Assembly: GCA_013239625.1 (NCBI GenBank)
Contig: MU053304.1
Span: 2,604,001 to 2,668,000 of the forward strand
Reading direction: 5' to 3'
Source: Lama guanicoe
Taxonomy: Eukaryota
Length of the DNA stretch: 64,000 nucleotides
Part shown: piece by piece, positions 12,712 through 26,520 of the stretch
How positions within the stretch are numbered: the stretch's first letter is position 1
How the letters are laid out: each line of letters opens with the position of its first letter
Position numbers and translations under genes: made by a program
The notes under the pieces: generated by a model
What the model saw: only the letters and a program-made list of their open reading frames with translations
The model's database searches: none
Told to the model about the DNA's origin: nothing

Positions 12712-13100
12712 AGTTTGGTTTTCCCTGAAGCTGACTCAGAATCTGACTGAAGGCAGTTTATTTGGAAGGGGATTCTTGAAAACACCCATCCTTCAGGAGT
12801 GGGGAAGTGAGATAGGTGGACTGGAAGCCACGATGGGGAATCAGTGATCAGGTGCCACTGCAGATACCCCTGAGGACTTCTGGGAGATGGTTTGAATGTG
12901 CTTGAGTTATCTCTCCCGAGGGGCAAGGAATTTGAGGTATATATCCATAAAACTCCACTTGTTATTGGTTAAGCATTGCTCACAGGAGAGTTAACTCCCT
13001 GCAGGTTTTTGCTTGTCCTCAGTAGAGGCTGAGCATGTTCCCCTGATCAGAGAAAGCCCTCATCTGGAGTTGTAAGAGCTGGCCTCAGGGTGGGGCAAAA
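12712..13100 (-). mobile_element. ERVL LTR fragment (LTR16-like)
   Basis: gcagtttatttggaagggga...ggagtggggaagtgaga...cccgaggggcaagg...ttattggttaag resembles the recalled reverse LTR16-family consensus. Confidence 0.6.
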
Positions 13101-13139
13101 GCAGCTGTTACTACAAACAGGAAGACGTGGGGATTAATA

Positions 13140-13750
13140 AAGAAACCTTGAAAATAAAAAAATACAGTCATTGGGAAAAGAAGTGGACAAGAAAAGCTTT
13201 ATACCAGACTCAGCCAAAGAGTAAGTTAATGTACTGAGCTAGAAATTAATACTGGGGTACTCACATATAACACAGAGCAGAAATGGAAAAAAAAAATGTG
13301 AAAACACAGTTAAGAGCCTGGAGACTAGATAGAGGTGCTGAAACAATCAAATAAGAGAACTTTTAGAAGAAAAGAGTGGGAAAGCATGTGGAAAAGTAAT
13401 AGAAGAAGAGATAATTGTAGAGAATTTTCTGAAATTGTAGGAAGACATGGATCCTCAGGTTAGAAGTAAACTGTAATCCGCAACTAAACACGTGGTGACC
13501 AAACTACAAAACACAAAGCATGAAGAAACAGTAGTCTTGACAGATGTTAGAAAACTAAGAAAACTTACCTATATGAGAATGCCAGTTACCCTGCTGGCGG
13601 ACTTCCCAACAGCCGTGACAGATGTCAGAAGAAGATTCATGAATAACCTCAAAATGCTGAGCAGAAACAGTTAAACAAATTTGTAATACCCAGTCGAATC
13701 TCATCCAAGAGTAAGGACAAAATAAAGACATTTTCAATTGGCAAAGGTGA
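13140..13750 (+). mobile_element. Ancient L1/HAL1 ORF1 remnant
   Basis: A-rich ORF1-like motifs (gagataattgtagagaattttctgaaatt; ADFPTAVTDVRR; aaaataaagacattttca). Confidence 0.7.
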
Positions 13751-13869
13751 TATATATACATGATGTATATATGAATTAAAACATTGGCAGAATATAACAG
13801 CGCATGTAATAGATACTATGTAAATCTAAACATACAGATAATACTAAGTTTGTGCCTAAAAAAGGGGGC

Positions 13870-14460
13870 AACTTCTATTTCCAGCAGTATGGAGGAAGCT
13901 CCCAAATAAAACAACTAAAAATGCTAAACAAAATACTTAAAAAATATTTTTTAAAGGCATTGAGGAGCTGGCAAGTTTGCAGGGCCAGAAGCGAAATGAA
14001 GGCAGTAACACAGAAAGGTGCGTGAAGTTTGAAATCTGCTCTCTGCCTGGGAGAATTTGCCACACTGGATGAGCTTGAATTTCAATTATTATGGCCTCAT
14101 GAGATATGGGGATTGGAGAAAGGTTCAGATGGAGAAGGTAATAGGCAACAGTCTCAAGGTTAAGGATGAGCTAGAAATAACCCTGTCCCCTCCTTCCCCC
14201 CCACCCCACCCATCCACCCGTCCACCCTTTTCTCATGCACACACCTACCAAGAGACTACAAAAATGAAGCAAACAAATGAACAAAAAACACAAAAAATAG
14301 CTTCCTAGTTAAGAGCTTTGCAATCAGGGAGAGACTGGAGGAATTTTCTTTTCCTACTATAATTGGTACCTATAGGTATTTCTCACATGATTTTACAGCT
14401 TGAGCTAACAGTATCTGGGTGATTCTGCATAACTCAGGCCAGAAATTTAGTTTAAATAGT
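13870..14460 (+). mobile_element. Probable old L1M 5' region
   Basis: acttctatttccagcagtatgg...aaaacaactaaaaatgct resembles old L1 5' ends. Confidence 0.45.
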
Positions 14461-14780
14461 CCTACTGCAGGATTACACTTCTTTGAGGAATCTAAAATAG
14501 TCAAAGTCATAGAAAAAAATAAACGAGGTTGCCAGGAATAGGCTGAACTAGGTGTATCCTGAGCTGCCCAAAGTATCTAAAACTAACCTTTAATATTTCC
14601 ATGGGTTAGTTTTCAGAAAGTATGAGCTCCTAGTGATGAGAGAGGGGCAGAGAGAGAAAGAAGGAAGGAAAGGAGGTGGGAGGAAAGAGAAAACAAAATG
14701 CCAAAGTGATTAAAATAGTGGAGTAGGGATGATATAGATAATCCAAGGCTCCAGTATATTCAGCAAATGACTAAAAGAAA

Positions 14781-14985
14781 CTATTATATATAAAATAGAT
14801 AAACAATAAGTTTCTACTCAATAGCACAGGGAACTATATTCAAAATCTTGTAGTAACATATAAGGAAAAAGAACATTAAAACAAGTATATATATGTATAC
14901 ACACACATATATATATAACTGAAACATTATGCTGTACACCAGAAATTGACACATTGTAAACTGACTATATTTCAATTAAAAAAAA
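14781..14985 (+). mobile_element. 5'-truncated L1 3' end (camelid type)
   Basis: aaaatagataaacaataag...agcacagggaactatattcaa...tgctgtacaccagaaattgacacattgtaaactgactat plus A tail; short aaaagaaa flanks. Confidence 0.85.
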
Positions 14986-16389
14986 AGAAATTCAAAAATA
15001 AAGGGAACAGAAAACAGAGAAATGATCAAAGGAATAACATGAACAATGATTTACATAAGTCACAGAATATTCTAATAATGTAAACAGTTACCTGTTGATT
15101 TAAACAAACTCTTAAACATCACAACATTGAGAAGATGAGAAGAGGGGGCCAGGCTCACACTCTGTGTGTCTGATGATGAGATGTGGACTAAAAATGGAGC
15201 ATCAAAAAATCTTACCTAGAATTATGTTACCTAGATACTATATAAATCTTTGTTACATAGAATGTAAACGAATGCTTCTAACTGAATGAAAAATGGTTTT
15301 CCTTGGTTAGCAGGAATCAAAGGGTGAAATGGTATGATAAGTCTTGCTGTTTTTAGTCATAAATCTTGTAGTGGTTTTTTGGGTTTTGAAATATCTATGT
15401 GAATTAATTTGGTAAAGAGTTAAAATTATAATCATACATTTGATACTGTATTTGATAGTAATAAGAACTAAATATGCATTTCTTTTACCCATACCCATAG
15501 TCATTTCTAGGTAATGATCTAAAACAATTGAAGTGCAAAATTGTTTACAAAACTTTTTGTGACTTTGTGACATATTGGAAAAATTGGTTTCAAAATATCT
15601 CTATGTTTATGGCAAGTCAACTCTCATTTCAAGTAAGCTAATTAACACACACACACACAATCCACATCAAAGAAAACAATATCTTCACAAAAAATAAAAA
15701 AAATTTGCCCTATTTTGGGTAAAATATTACACTTGTTTAATCCTCAAATAAGTATTGTCTTTCAAAGGGAAAATGTTTATTTTGGAAGCAAAGATTTTGA
15801 GACTAAGAAAGTCTTGAAATTAAAAGTTCAAAACAAAATTTTAGTCTACATCTTTTCAACAGAAGAAAAATCTTCATTCAACTGCTGTCTGTGGTGTGTC
15901 CTGCCAGGCAGGTCAGCTGGTATCAAACCCTTTAGTCATTTAGGAAGAAAGGAAAAGATAACTACTTCTGTTATGAGTTTACAGTCTAATAGACATGTCA
16001 GAATAAAACAACTGAAAAAAATCAGTTAACAAACTATTTGATAAAATATACATTATACCTGCGTTGTTGGGAGATGCTACAGGGCTTTTGCGGTGAGCAA
16101 GCTAATAATGCCAGTTGAGAATGATGTTGCATTGAGAACAAGCATGGGGGCCAAGCCTGCTGCCTCTGCAAACCTTCATGATGGTGAGGATTTTTTCAGA
16201 TCTGAAATCAGATTTTTTTGGAGACACTATATGACTTATCTTGGTCTGCTTTATGCCTTTGCTTGGATTTTCAGCGGTTTCAAAAAAAAAGAGAAAACAT
16301 TGTTATTGATATTAACCTTCACCTAACAAGTATTTTCTGAAACATATTGTTTCTCTGAAGAAAAGGCATGTTTTAAACAGTTAATAAAT

Positions 16390-16560
16390 AATAATAGCTG
16401 ATGTTTCTCTATTGCCTACCAGGTTCTGTACATGATATTTTATATTCCGGTTCTCATTAAATCATCACAAGAAGTTTGTGAAATCGGCACTGTTTATGTT
16501 ACTCACTGGCTGTATGGTGAGAAGATTCAATTTCTGGGAATGCTGGAGCTTAAAAAATTA
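16390..16560 (-). mobile_element. MIR fragment
   Basis: taatagctgatgttt...ctcattaaatcatcacaagaagtttgtga, a reverse MIR 3' end. Confidence 0.5.
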
Positions 16561-19500
16561 TGTATCCAGAGAGTTTGGGTAGTTCGTTATAGAAGTTTCC
16601 TTTTTAGACTCTGATGAGCTGGAATGATGAACAGATAATGATTTCTTTGGGCAAACAGACATTTGGGTTTCTCTACATGCCTGTCAATGTGCATGGACTT
16701 CCCACTGTGCAAATGGCATCTTTCCTAATAATTATGGACAGTGTTATTTCACTAACATCATTCAATAAAAAATAATTATGAAGTGACTCACTCTGATTGG
16801 TTTGGTTATTAATACCATAACATAAAATGCAGAGTTTCTAGTTTACAGTGTAGAGAAAGACATGTAATTTAAATAGGAATTTAAAAAGTGTCCCTCTGAT
16901 ATCAGATTAAGAATTTGGCCGGTTCATTGATTTTGGGGTGGTGGGGGAAGAAAAAGAAAGAGAAAGACAGACTAAAACCAAATCCACTCTTTATTGGTGC
17001 CAAATGGTCCTGAAAAGGAGGGACTGAAGTGACATACTTAGCACAAATTAATTCTAGGTGTTGGTCTTTCCAAAAGTTGACTTACATTAGACTGTCTGAG
17101 TTTGGTCTCACGTTGTTATCCAATTTCTTAGTGTGTGGATCTAGTTACTTTCTTTTAAACTTGCCATTTTAGGGTTAAAATAGAAGGAGCTGTTTATTAC
17201 CCTTCAGCTAGGCGGCAGCTCATCCACTACCTCACAATTTCCACCGTTTTCAGGGAAATAGCAGCCCACAATGCTGTACATCCAAAAACAGCTGCTGTCC
17301 GCAGCCCAAACTGTGCAGCGACCATGGCTTTGCATCTTGACAGCATTCCCAGTCACTTTACACCATTGATCACAATGGCCACTTAATGGCAAAAAGCTGT
17401 ATGACCAGACACCAAGAGGGAAACCAGAAATCTCCAGAACTGTCGTTGTCGCAGAGTGAAAATCGCACAGTGGCGCCTCATTAAGTCAGCAGAACCCCAA
17501 CATTCTCCTTCAGTTCTATAGTAATTGGTGGCAGAGAGCAGGGGAATGAGGAGAGAAAAATGTCGCCTACTCTTTCCAAAGCAACTCATCAGACTTAGCT
17601 CAGCAAGTCTGGATGGCTTAGGAGCTGCTGACAGCCCAGGTCCATGCCAAGCCCCTTGGAGGGAGAGGTGGCGAGGCCAAATGCTCTTGACTGAGTGGTG
17701 ACCAGTGTGCACCTGCAGTCCTTGGCTGATGGCTAATCAGTCTCAAATTTGATAGCCATTTTTGCACCGAGTATATAAAAGCAAAATGAACCAGACTGTT
17801 TATTTTCACTTTTTGCTTCTGCCTTTTAGTTATGTTTATTTCCCCGACTGATACTAAAGACTCATTCGCTAATAATCTTGTTGCCAACTCTTGGAGTGAT
17901 GGCAGAAATTAAATAATGCTTTTATTTTTAAAAAGAAAAATAACTCTGTCCAAGGGATTTTAAACTGTAACATACATGATACTGAATAAAATTGAACAAG
18001 ATAGTATATTTATTTGATCAAAAGATAGTTTGCCTAAAGAGAGAGAAAGGTAAAACCTACAGGTTAAAAAACAGAAGAAGGTTTAAAAGGCCGCTGCATC
18101 TTCAGAAATACAGATGGAGTTTTTTTCCCCTTTTTTCTAAGCAAGTGGACTGAAGATGTTTATATGCACTATAAGCACAAAGTTTTGAACTGTATGATGT
18201 GCCAATAATCAAAAATCATTCAAATCTACACTTAAAAAATGTGATTGATTTTGATGACCCTCATAGCTGAATGCCAATAAATATCTCACTTTAAATTTAT
18301 CTTCTACTTCTGAGACTTGGAGATACATGTATAGATAGACAACCTTATGAAGTGGATGGATAAATTATTCTGGGTTATATTAAAAGACTCTAACGTACCT
18401 GAGACAACCTGTCACATCTACAAAGAAGCATGTGTGGACACTGGCCTCACAGTAAGTTCTTATAGTGCTCTGGTGTTTCATATGCTACTTTGCCAGTGAT
18501 ATAAATCTTTTCACAGCATAAATTTGGATTATTCCAATGACATTTCTATTGCTACATATGTTAATAGCTAAGATTCAGAACACATTACCAGTATCAGGAA
18601 GTACTTAATGGTTTAAAATTAGAGCAGTAATTCAAGAATCTTCCAATCACTCCGACAAATGTTTGTCGAGAAGGAAATATGTTCATTGCCGTTTTTTGAA
18701 AGGAGTCATATTGCTCAGAAAAATAACACGGTTTTGAAAGAATTAGGGGAAATCTATCCCACACAACTTCCTTTTCATTTTTCAGAGCCAACATCATTTT
18801 CAGCTCCCATATTATTCATCCTAAGTGCTTCATCTTCTGCTGCCTTTGTTGCCCAGTGTGTATTACTGTTTTCAGATCTTCCTTGTGCACGGGATTATTT
18901 TGTAATAATAGCTGGACTTGAACGAGTCCTGTGTTTGTCACACACACGCCAGGTCAACAGAACACAGTCCGTAACACAGAATGGACTTCTAAAATCTGAA
19001 CTAAGAAATGGATCTTTCACAGCTATTTATCTAGGAGCCATTCAGAAAATAGACGTTACTTTGGTGTAAAAGAATTCTGTCAAATTTTCCAATTTAAACA
19101 TCTCTATCACATACATGGTTCACCTAGGCTTTTGGATGAAAAGGTCTGGAGGTGCTTTTCTGTGCCATTGCTCTGGCCATATCTATGGGTATTTTTGGTG
19201 AGAAGGTAGGAAGGGAGAAAAAAAGAATATTAACTGGGCCAGTGTGGAAGAAGCTATGGATCGAATCTCAGGTTCAAGTCCCACTTTGAGTCCCCTACGC
19301 TTGGGCTTGGGAATGCATCAAACCTTCCAGAGTGGAGTCCCAGGAACACACTGTTTTTGGTCAGACTCCATGGGTAAATGACGGTATTTCTATTCATAGC
19401 TGCTGTTTCAAACAAGGAACCCAGAGAGGCTCTACACAGAAAATGCTGATTAACCTTCAGTACTTGCTCTGCAGTGGGGTCCAATCTCAGTCAGCTAAGG

Positions 19501-19875
19501 GGGTTTCACACTAAGGCTCAGAGTAAGAAGTGGGATTCATAAAGACTTCACATTCATGCTAGAGATACGAGGAGCTCAGCTGCGAAGTGGCATTGGCCCT
19601 GGGCGACGTGTAAAAATCACAGGCTGATACCTTTCGTTTACTCTATCTCTTGCAGAAGTGAATTCCAAAATTTTATAAAAATCTCCATATCTCTAATAAG
19701 AAGATTCTTTTTTCAACTTACGATCTTCAGGGAACCAAGTCAGTTTTCTGTACTATAGTTAGTAGGAAATAACGGTATTTAGGAAAAGGAGCTGGTTTTT
19801 AAACTCCCATTTGCTGTTATCAGACTTCTTTGGCAGCTGGCTTAATTTAAGTTGGTGGCCACATTCTCAGCTTCT

Positions 19876-19970
19876 GTATATATAAATATATATACATACA
19901 TATATATATACATACATATATGTATATATATACACATACATGTATGTATATATATTTATATATTTGTATT
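19876..19970. repeat. (TA)n/(TATG) low-complexity microsatellite
   Basis: Directly visible. Confidence 0.9.
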
Positions 19971-20584
19971 ACATTTCAGCTAGAAAAGTGTATAAATGGG
20001 GCTTGGATTGGAAATATGACATTCACTTATCCTGCTCAATTATTAAATCTAGTCCAGCATATTATAAAATCCACTGGGATTTGTGTCCACTCCTACACAT
20101 GCACACAGCCTCAGTTTATACACTCGAGCTTGAGCAAAGGTGTGTGTGTTTGCAAGCTTCATCTTGTCCTAGAACAAAAGTATAAAATTTCATCTGCACT
20201 GCGTGCCCATGGCTTTTGCTTAGACACAATACAGTTGCCACCGCAAAGCATCCTACACAAGGGCAGATACTGCTCCTAGGATTTTAGAAAGTTTTCTCAT
20301 TCGGTCACTTCCACTTTGGGTAGACATACTGAGATTAAAAATGAACACACCAGAGGCAGTATTTAAGGAAAGGAAGTCTGAAGACTAAACTCATGCCGTC
20401 CCTGGGAGGGTCTCAGCTGCAGGGGTCAGGAGGAGGAAGTCCAGGAGGACCCTTTCCCCACTGGATTCTCCGAGGGTATTTTAAACACAGCTAGAATCTT
20501 TCAGTTCAGCCCTGTCAATCTTCTGAATCTGTCTCAGTCTTCTTTGCCTTGGTTCTTTCTAGAAAAATAGAATGTCTGCCTACG

Positions 20585-20810
20585 AGAAGCAGTGTGACAT
20601 GAGGGGGAACACTGGACTCGTGAGCCTTGCTGCCCAGGCTCTGCTCCCAGCCAGCTGTCTCAAGCACCAGTCGTGTGGTCCTGGCCACAAGCGGGTAATA
20701 ACAGTGCTGATCTCATGGGGCAGTTGTGAGGGCTACATGACTCAACGTACATAAAGTGCTGAGAATGATGCTTGGAATTCTGCAGACATCCAAAAATCAC
20801 TAGCCATTAT
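20585..20810 (+). mobile_element. MIR SINE (diverged, near full length)
   Basis: gcagtgtgac... gggtaataacagtgctgatctcatggggcagttgtgagg...taaagtgctgagaatgatgcttgg. Confidence 0.65.
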
Positions 20811-20950
20811 GAGATTCACACAGCTGAACTCACTATTTTTCTATGGAAGATGCTGGTTCTTCAACTGGCCGTATCTAGCCCAGAAAAATAAAATCTTGCC
20901 TAATAAAAACAATGCATCTTTAATATTAAAATGTGATGAATTATTACAGC

Positions 20951-21411
20951 TGTTGATTTTCAGGAGTATCAGCAGGCAGCCTGTTAGTCAAGCAAAGCTA
21001 TTTATTAGAATGGGAGGGGTCTTAGCGGTGTCACTGAATAGGAAGTCAGGCAGGATATTCACAGGGCTTTGACATCTGGGTTCAAGTGGACTAGCACGCG
21101 TCTTTCAAGAAGGGATTGGTCAAAGTTTGGGACATAACAGTTTTGGACTGGTAAGGTGAGGGTCTGGGAGGAAATCTTAATAAGGAAACCAATGGTTTGG
21201 TAATTGAGCTGTTTGCCCAGGTGAATAGACTGCTATCAGATAGTTTTGCAGGGGTTTTCTGAGGCAAATGCTGAATTCCTTTACTGGTTTAAAGTCTTAT
21301 CTTTCCTTGGTCATGGTTCCCTGGAACAAATAATGAAGCCATGCTCGCCTTAGGTGGTCCCAGGTCTTAGTCCTAATGCCTATGACATGTTGATATAGTG
21401 ATTAGTTTTCA
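20951..21411 (-). mobile_element. Possible old ERV1/MER-type LTR, family unassigned
   Basis: TG...CA bounded segment of about 460 bp with LTR-like composition; no TSD found. Confidence 0.35.
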
Positions 21412-21759
21412 AAATAGAGAAAGTTTAAATCACGCATGGTATTAAAACTTACCTGCTACCATGCTTAACATTTGTGTGTATGTGTGTGTGTGTGATGAAG
21501 CATATGCAAGACTTTATTGTAAAACTTCAACCATCAAAATGGTAACAGCAGATGCAACCGCAAATCAAAATAATTCCGGAAAAACATCCAAGTATGTATA
21601 AACACTTAGCATAAGAAATTTTGGTACCAAAAATTACTTCTAAATTGAAAGATTATGTAATAAATAACATTACTTATCTTTTTAGAGGTAAATTCACAAC
21701 ATTATATTGCTTTTCTTTTACATTTTCTCTGGCTTCATAATGTAAACAATTAGCATGAA

Positions 21760-21903
21760 TCTTTTTTGGGTTTTGGGCTTTTTGTTTGTTTTTTGGGGGG
21801 TGGTAATTAGGCATATTTATTTTTAGAGGAGGTACTGGGGACTGAACCCAGGACCTCATGCACACAAAGCATGCACTCTACCACTTGAGCTATATCCTAC
21901 CCT
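21760..21903 (-). mobile_element. tRNA-derived SINE (Vic-1-like), forming the 5' part of a larger TSD-flanked insertion
   Basis: Minus strand: ggatatagctcaagtggtagagtgcatgc...gaggtcctgggttcagtccccagtacc, then an A-rich tail. Confidence 0.9.
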
Positions 21904-21949
21904 ATGCTTAACATTTTGATTTATTTTCATTCAGTCAGTATTTACTTCT

Positions 21950-22430
21950 GAAATTAATTTAAATACATACACATTCTGAGTTTTGACTTTCTATTGTACA
22001 TTTTTCCATTTTAATGAAATGACAGTTAAGAATTTTAATGACTATTAGTTTACCTCATAATTTCATTTACTTTATTATTTATAATTAATTTAATCCCCAT
22101 ATAGATATTGAAGTTGAATTATTTTTTAGATTCTATGAACTATGCCATGATAAACATTCTTGTATATAAACTTTGAGTACATTATTTCTATTTAATTAAA
22201 ACAAATACCAATTAAGGGCAAAAGTTCCAACTGAAAGGGCACAGGCATACTTACATATATTTCTAAATTATACTCAATGAATAGCAAAGTTTGATAGAAT
22301 TTAATTAAAATTATTTTAGGAACTAAATAACTAAAGGACCATATGGCCATGGCTCGGAACATTTTAATAGTTTTCTTGGAAAATTGCCCTGGAACATATG
22401 CATAAATCATACAAGAAAGTCTGTCTCATT
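21950..22430 (-). mobile_element. Highly diverged L1ME-type 3' fragment
   Basis: tatgccatgataaacattcttgtatataaactttg...aaattgccct resembles reverse old L1 3' sequence. Confidence 0.45.
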
Positions 22431-24559
22431 ACTATATGAGCTTGGTTTTCAACCCTACACACCATTATCTACCTTTGTCAAAAATCTTATTCATGAGACT
22501 TGGCTGCAAGTAAATTTTGCTTGTTTATAAGATTCAAACATTTCATCAAAGAGTAAAGATCATAACTGAAGTAAGGGTAATGGAGACGGGGCAGAGACAG
22601 AAAAGTAAGGTAGGTATATAAGCAGAACAACAATGTTCTCTAAGAAGATCTAGTTTGGGGGCTCTATTATAGACGTTTTTCTAAAAACAAAACTTTAGGT
22701 ATGATTGACATATGAAAAGCTGATGACATATTTTACTCCAGGAAGGGACTCTTTTTCCCAGGAAGAACATTCCCTATTTAGTGCCAATGTATCAACCATT
22801 CACTAAATGCATGTGTTTAGTTAGCATCCTCAATCTTCCTGAGAAAAGTGCAGAGATTCTGTGACCAGGTCTTAGCAGTATTTTTATCTTCTTGAGGTTA
22901 AGCTGAAAGAGATATTTGATCCTAATTTATCTCATGACACCACTCATAATTAAATCAGCTGCTGTTTGATTACGTGTATTACCAGGAACCTTCTAGACTA
23001 TGCCAAATAAGCTAAACAGAGTATTACCAAACATTTTCCAATGAAGCATTGGTAACTGTATCTCTGGGACCTCAGTATGGCTCTGGATCCAGGAATGTGA
23101 CCTCCCAACCATAGAATTAGACAAAAAATGAGCAGTTGGAAGGAGGGCCAGACATAGAACAAAACTTTCTTGGCAGGCAGTAAAAAAGAAAACACATGTA
23201 CAAACACCTTGCAGAAACTGCGCAGAAGGAAGGTTTTGAAAAGTTTCCAAGAACCAAGTGATAGTTCACGACATTAACGTTATACCTTCAGCAGAAAATA
23301 TGTAAAACACCATTGAAACTCTTGTCACTTACTGGTGGTGTTTGCTGATGTTAGTTTTTATTGTTTTATTTGAGAGAATGTGAAATACTTTTCAGCCTTT
23401 ATAAATTTATTTCTCTCCTCCATTCCCTTTGACCTACTTTTTTCATAGAATTCCCTCAACTTTCAGTTCTGCTGGACTGATGTGGAGGAGGGAACCCAGG
23501 ATTAACAGTCACATGGAGACCACTGTACCACCGTGGTGGCCATTGTATTAGAGAGCATTCCTCCTCGGATCTCATCCTCACTGGCTCAGCTAATGAGATT
23601 CTCTGAGCAACCTTTGCTGTGGAGTCCAGTGATTTTTGGCTCTGCCACTGTTTCAGAATGATTTTCACAAGTGATAGTGACGAATATATTTAGTTACCCC
23701 CTTGTGCCCTGCAATTAAATTTATTCACTCTTCCTGCTGCATATCAACTTAGAGTTTTGGCTCATAAAACATGGATACAGACAGATGTCATCCTTTTATC
23801 TCTGCCCAATTTCTGTGTTTCTATCATCATTAAGCCTTTCTCATGACCCTGGGCAAAATTACATGAGGTTTGTAGAGATTTGGCTTAATTAATGGATTTT
23901 CTATTGTGCTTGGTTCTTTTGTGGCCAGTTTTTAAATAACCAACACAAATTCTATTTCTCCCATTAAAATCATATCTTTCTGATAAGATACTATGAATTA
24001 TAATCTATGCTGCTGTGCGAAAGGACGAGGTCATTGCAGTGGGAAATAGCACAGTGCCTCTTGAAGTTCCCAGTGTTCTAAGTCAGGTTAATTTGAAAGA
24101 TCATTACTCTGTGCTCTTCTTTGAACCAATATTTGAACCTCAATAAAATGAGTGAATTGCAGAATCTGATGAGTTTGGGCATAATGGGGAACATTTTTGG
24201 ATATGTTACAAATTTGCTTCAACTATGATAATCCATGCAGAGTTGACACTTACCGAGGGGTTGAGATTAAATTATTTATTCTTCTGCTCCGAGAAGGCTG
24301 TTAGTTACTGAACCTCACATTTAGTTCTGAGACTGCCAGCAGCCAAAGTAAAAATACAAGTCATTATGAGAAATTCTCATCATAAAAAGGAAATATAATA
24401 GTTTTTGTCAAGGGAAAAGCTTTCACTAATTCTGAGACCCAAATGAAATTTGCCAGACATTGTACATTGCTACTTTCCAAGCAGACAAATTTAATAACTG
24501 CTGTTTTCAAACAAGAGATACAACAAAATGATAAAAAATGAGTCTGCACTGAGCTCTGT

Positions 24560-24738
24560 GGTTGTGGTTCTCGAACATGAGTGTACAGCAGAGTCACCCT
24601 GAGGGCTGGTCAAACCACAGCTTGCTGCCCCTCACCTCCGGTTGTGATTCTGAAGGTCTGACATTTATTTCTGACAAGTTCTCCAGAGATGCTGATGGAG
24701 CTGGTTTGAGACCACAGTCTGCTGGGAGAACTGCTGCT
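24560..24738. mobile_element. MER5A-like MITE
   Basis: gtggttctcgaac...agagtcacc...ctgacaagttctccagagatgctgatg...gggagaactgctg; degenerate TIRs. Confidence 0.7.
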
Positions 24739-25371
24739 CCATGGAGGCTTCTCAGGTCACTCGAGAGGGGTTCCAGTACACTTAATTTTCTAATAAACTT
24801 AATTATCTAGGTTCGCTTTAGATGTCTCTTACACAATGTGGGGAATTGTAACTGGGCTTGATGAAAGAGAGTATGAAAGCCAGTCCTGTCCCTGCACCAT
24901 TCATCTAAAGCGAAAATACAATCAAACGCTCATGAGCTAGATTTTCACCATTCTTAGTAATAGACAAATTAAGTAATACATTAAAAAACCAATTTAACAG
25001 CAATAAATTATTGTTTATCTACTAGATTTTATGTTCATAAGTCTACAGATGTTTATTTAAGCCAGGGTCACATACAAAGTCTCCCAGTGATAAAGTCTGC
25101 GGGAAAAACACTAAAGATGAGAAGGAGACGGACCCCAGTGTGTGCAGAGAACACAGCAAAGCGTCTCCCACTCCTCTCCTTCTCCTCTTCACCCTCCTCC
25201 TCTCCTTCTCCCCTACCTTCCTCTTCTTTTTTTTGTTGTCATTTTAACTTCAAATCGAAACTCCTCAGAGGAAGCAAAAATCTATATATAATCTAAAGAT
25301 AACACAAAGATATTATAGCAAAGAAATCTCAAATTGTTGTCAATTTTAAATCATAGTTATTTGTTTAAATT

Positions 25372-25675
25372 TGTACTGGCCAATACATGTTGCTATTGAG
25401 CACTTGAAAGGTGGCCAGCGTGAACTGAAATGTGCTATTTATGTATAAGTACACCCTAGATTTCAAATTCTTAGTATAAAAACAAAAGAATGTAAATATC
25501 CCATTAATAACATCACTTTCACATCGACTGCATGTTGATGTGATCATAATTTGGATTTTTTTTTAAATAAAATGTATTATTAAAACTAATTTCACCTGTT
25601 TATTTTTAATGTCACTATTAGGACATTGAAAATTGCCTATGTGGCTTATGTTATATCTCTGTTGGGTAGTTCTGG
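25372..25675. mobile_element. MER33-like hAT-Charlie element
   Basis: acatgttgctattgagcacttgaaaggtggc...aaataaaatgtattattaaaactaatttcacctgttt. Confidence 0.75.
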
Positions 25676-26079
25676 ATTAGATTGTTAGTTTGTTTTAACC
25701 CACCTCAATCCAAAGCTTTTCACTCATTTTGCCAAATTCCAAAAGTATCTTTGCTGAAATTCCTCATGGAATTAGCTGGACTGAGGCTAGCGCTGGCTCA
25801 AGCCATGTCAGTTTCCAGTGCTTAACAGACAGCTATTCATCCTCAATGCCCTTTCATCTGCCAGAGGAAGGAAAGCCAATGTTTCTTGTTTGATTCATTA
25901 TTTAGTAGTTTATCTGTTCAAGAAAGTGAGTCTTCCATAGCGTTTTTCTGCTTTTGACTTTTTTCCCTTAATATTTTTGAATTATAACCCTTACAGTGGG
26001 ATATTATCTGGATGTATAATTTCAGATCTTTATCACATGAAGGGGTAAACACTGAAAGTTTCTAGAATTTGAGGTATGG

Positions 26080-26520
26080 AGAAATGTCACTTACACATAA
26101 GTGAGAAACACTGTCATTAGACTTGTTGCCTACAACTTTGAGTGCTGGAAACAGTTGTACAATTCTCTTCAAAAATTTTAAAGAAAACAATTTTCTAATG
26201 AAAAATTTATATCTAGCTAAAATATGTGTCAATTGTCCAGATTTAAACATCAAAAACACATCATCTAACCTGCTAAGGCATAGAAAAGTTCTCTTTCATT
26301 TCACAAAGAAATTACTTGCTAATAATAGATGATAGATCAGGAAAATGGAAGAAATGAAAGTCAAGCAACAGGGCATCCGACCTGGGACATCAGTGGAGGG
26401 GATTCCGGGAAAGTGTGATGGTGAAGGTTATTGCTCAGATGACAGAGAATAACGATCCAAATTAGTACCAAGGAGAAGACTTTAGAAAGGAGTTCTCCAG
26501 GAGAAAAAAGGAAATCAGTT
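26080..26520 (+). mobile_element. HAL1/L1 ORF1 C-terminal remnant
   Basis: ttcaaaaattttaaagaaaacaattttc...aatttatatctagctaaaat, an ORF1-like motif (FKxLKENxFxxxxLYxAK). Confidence 0.55.
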
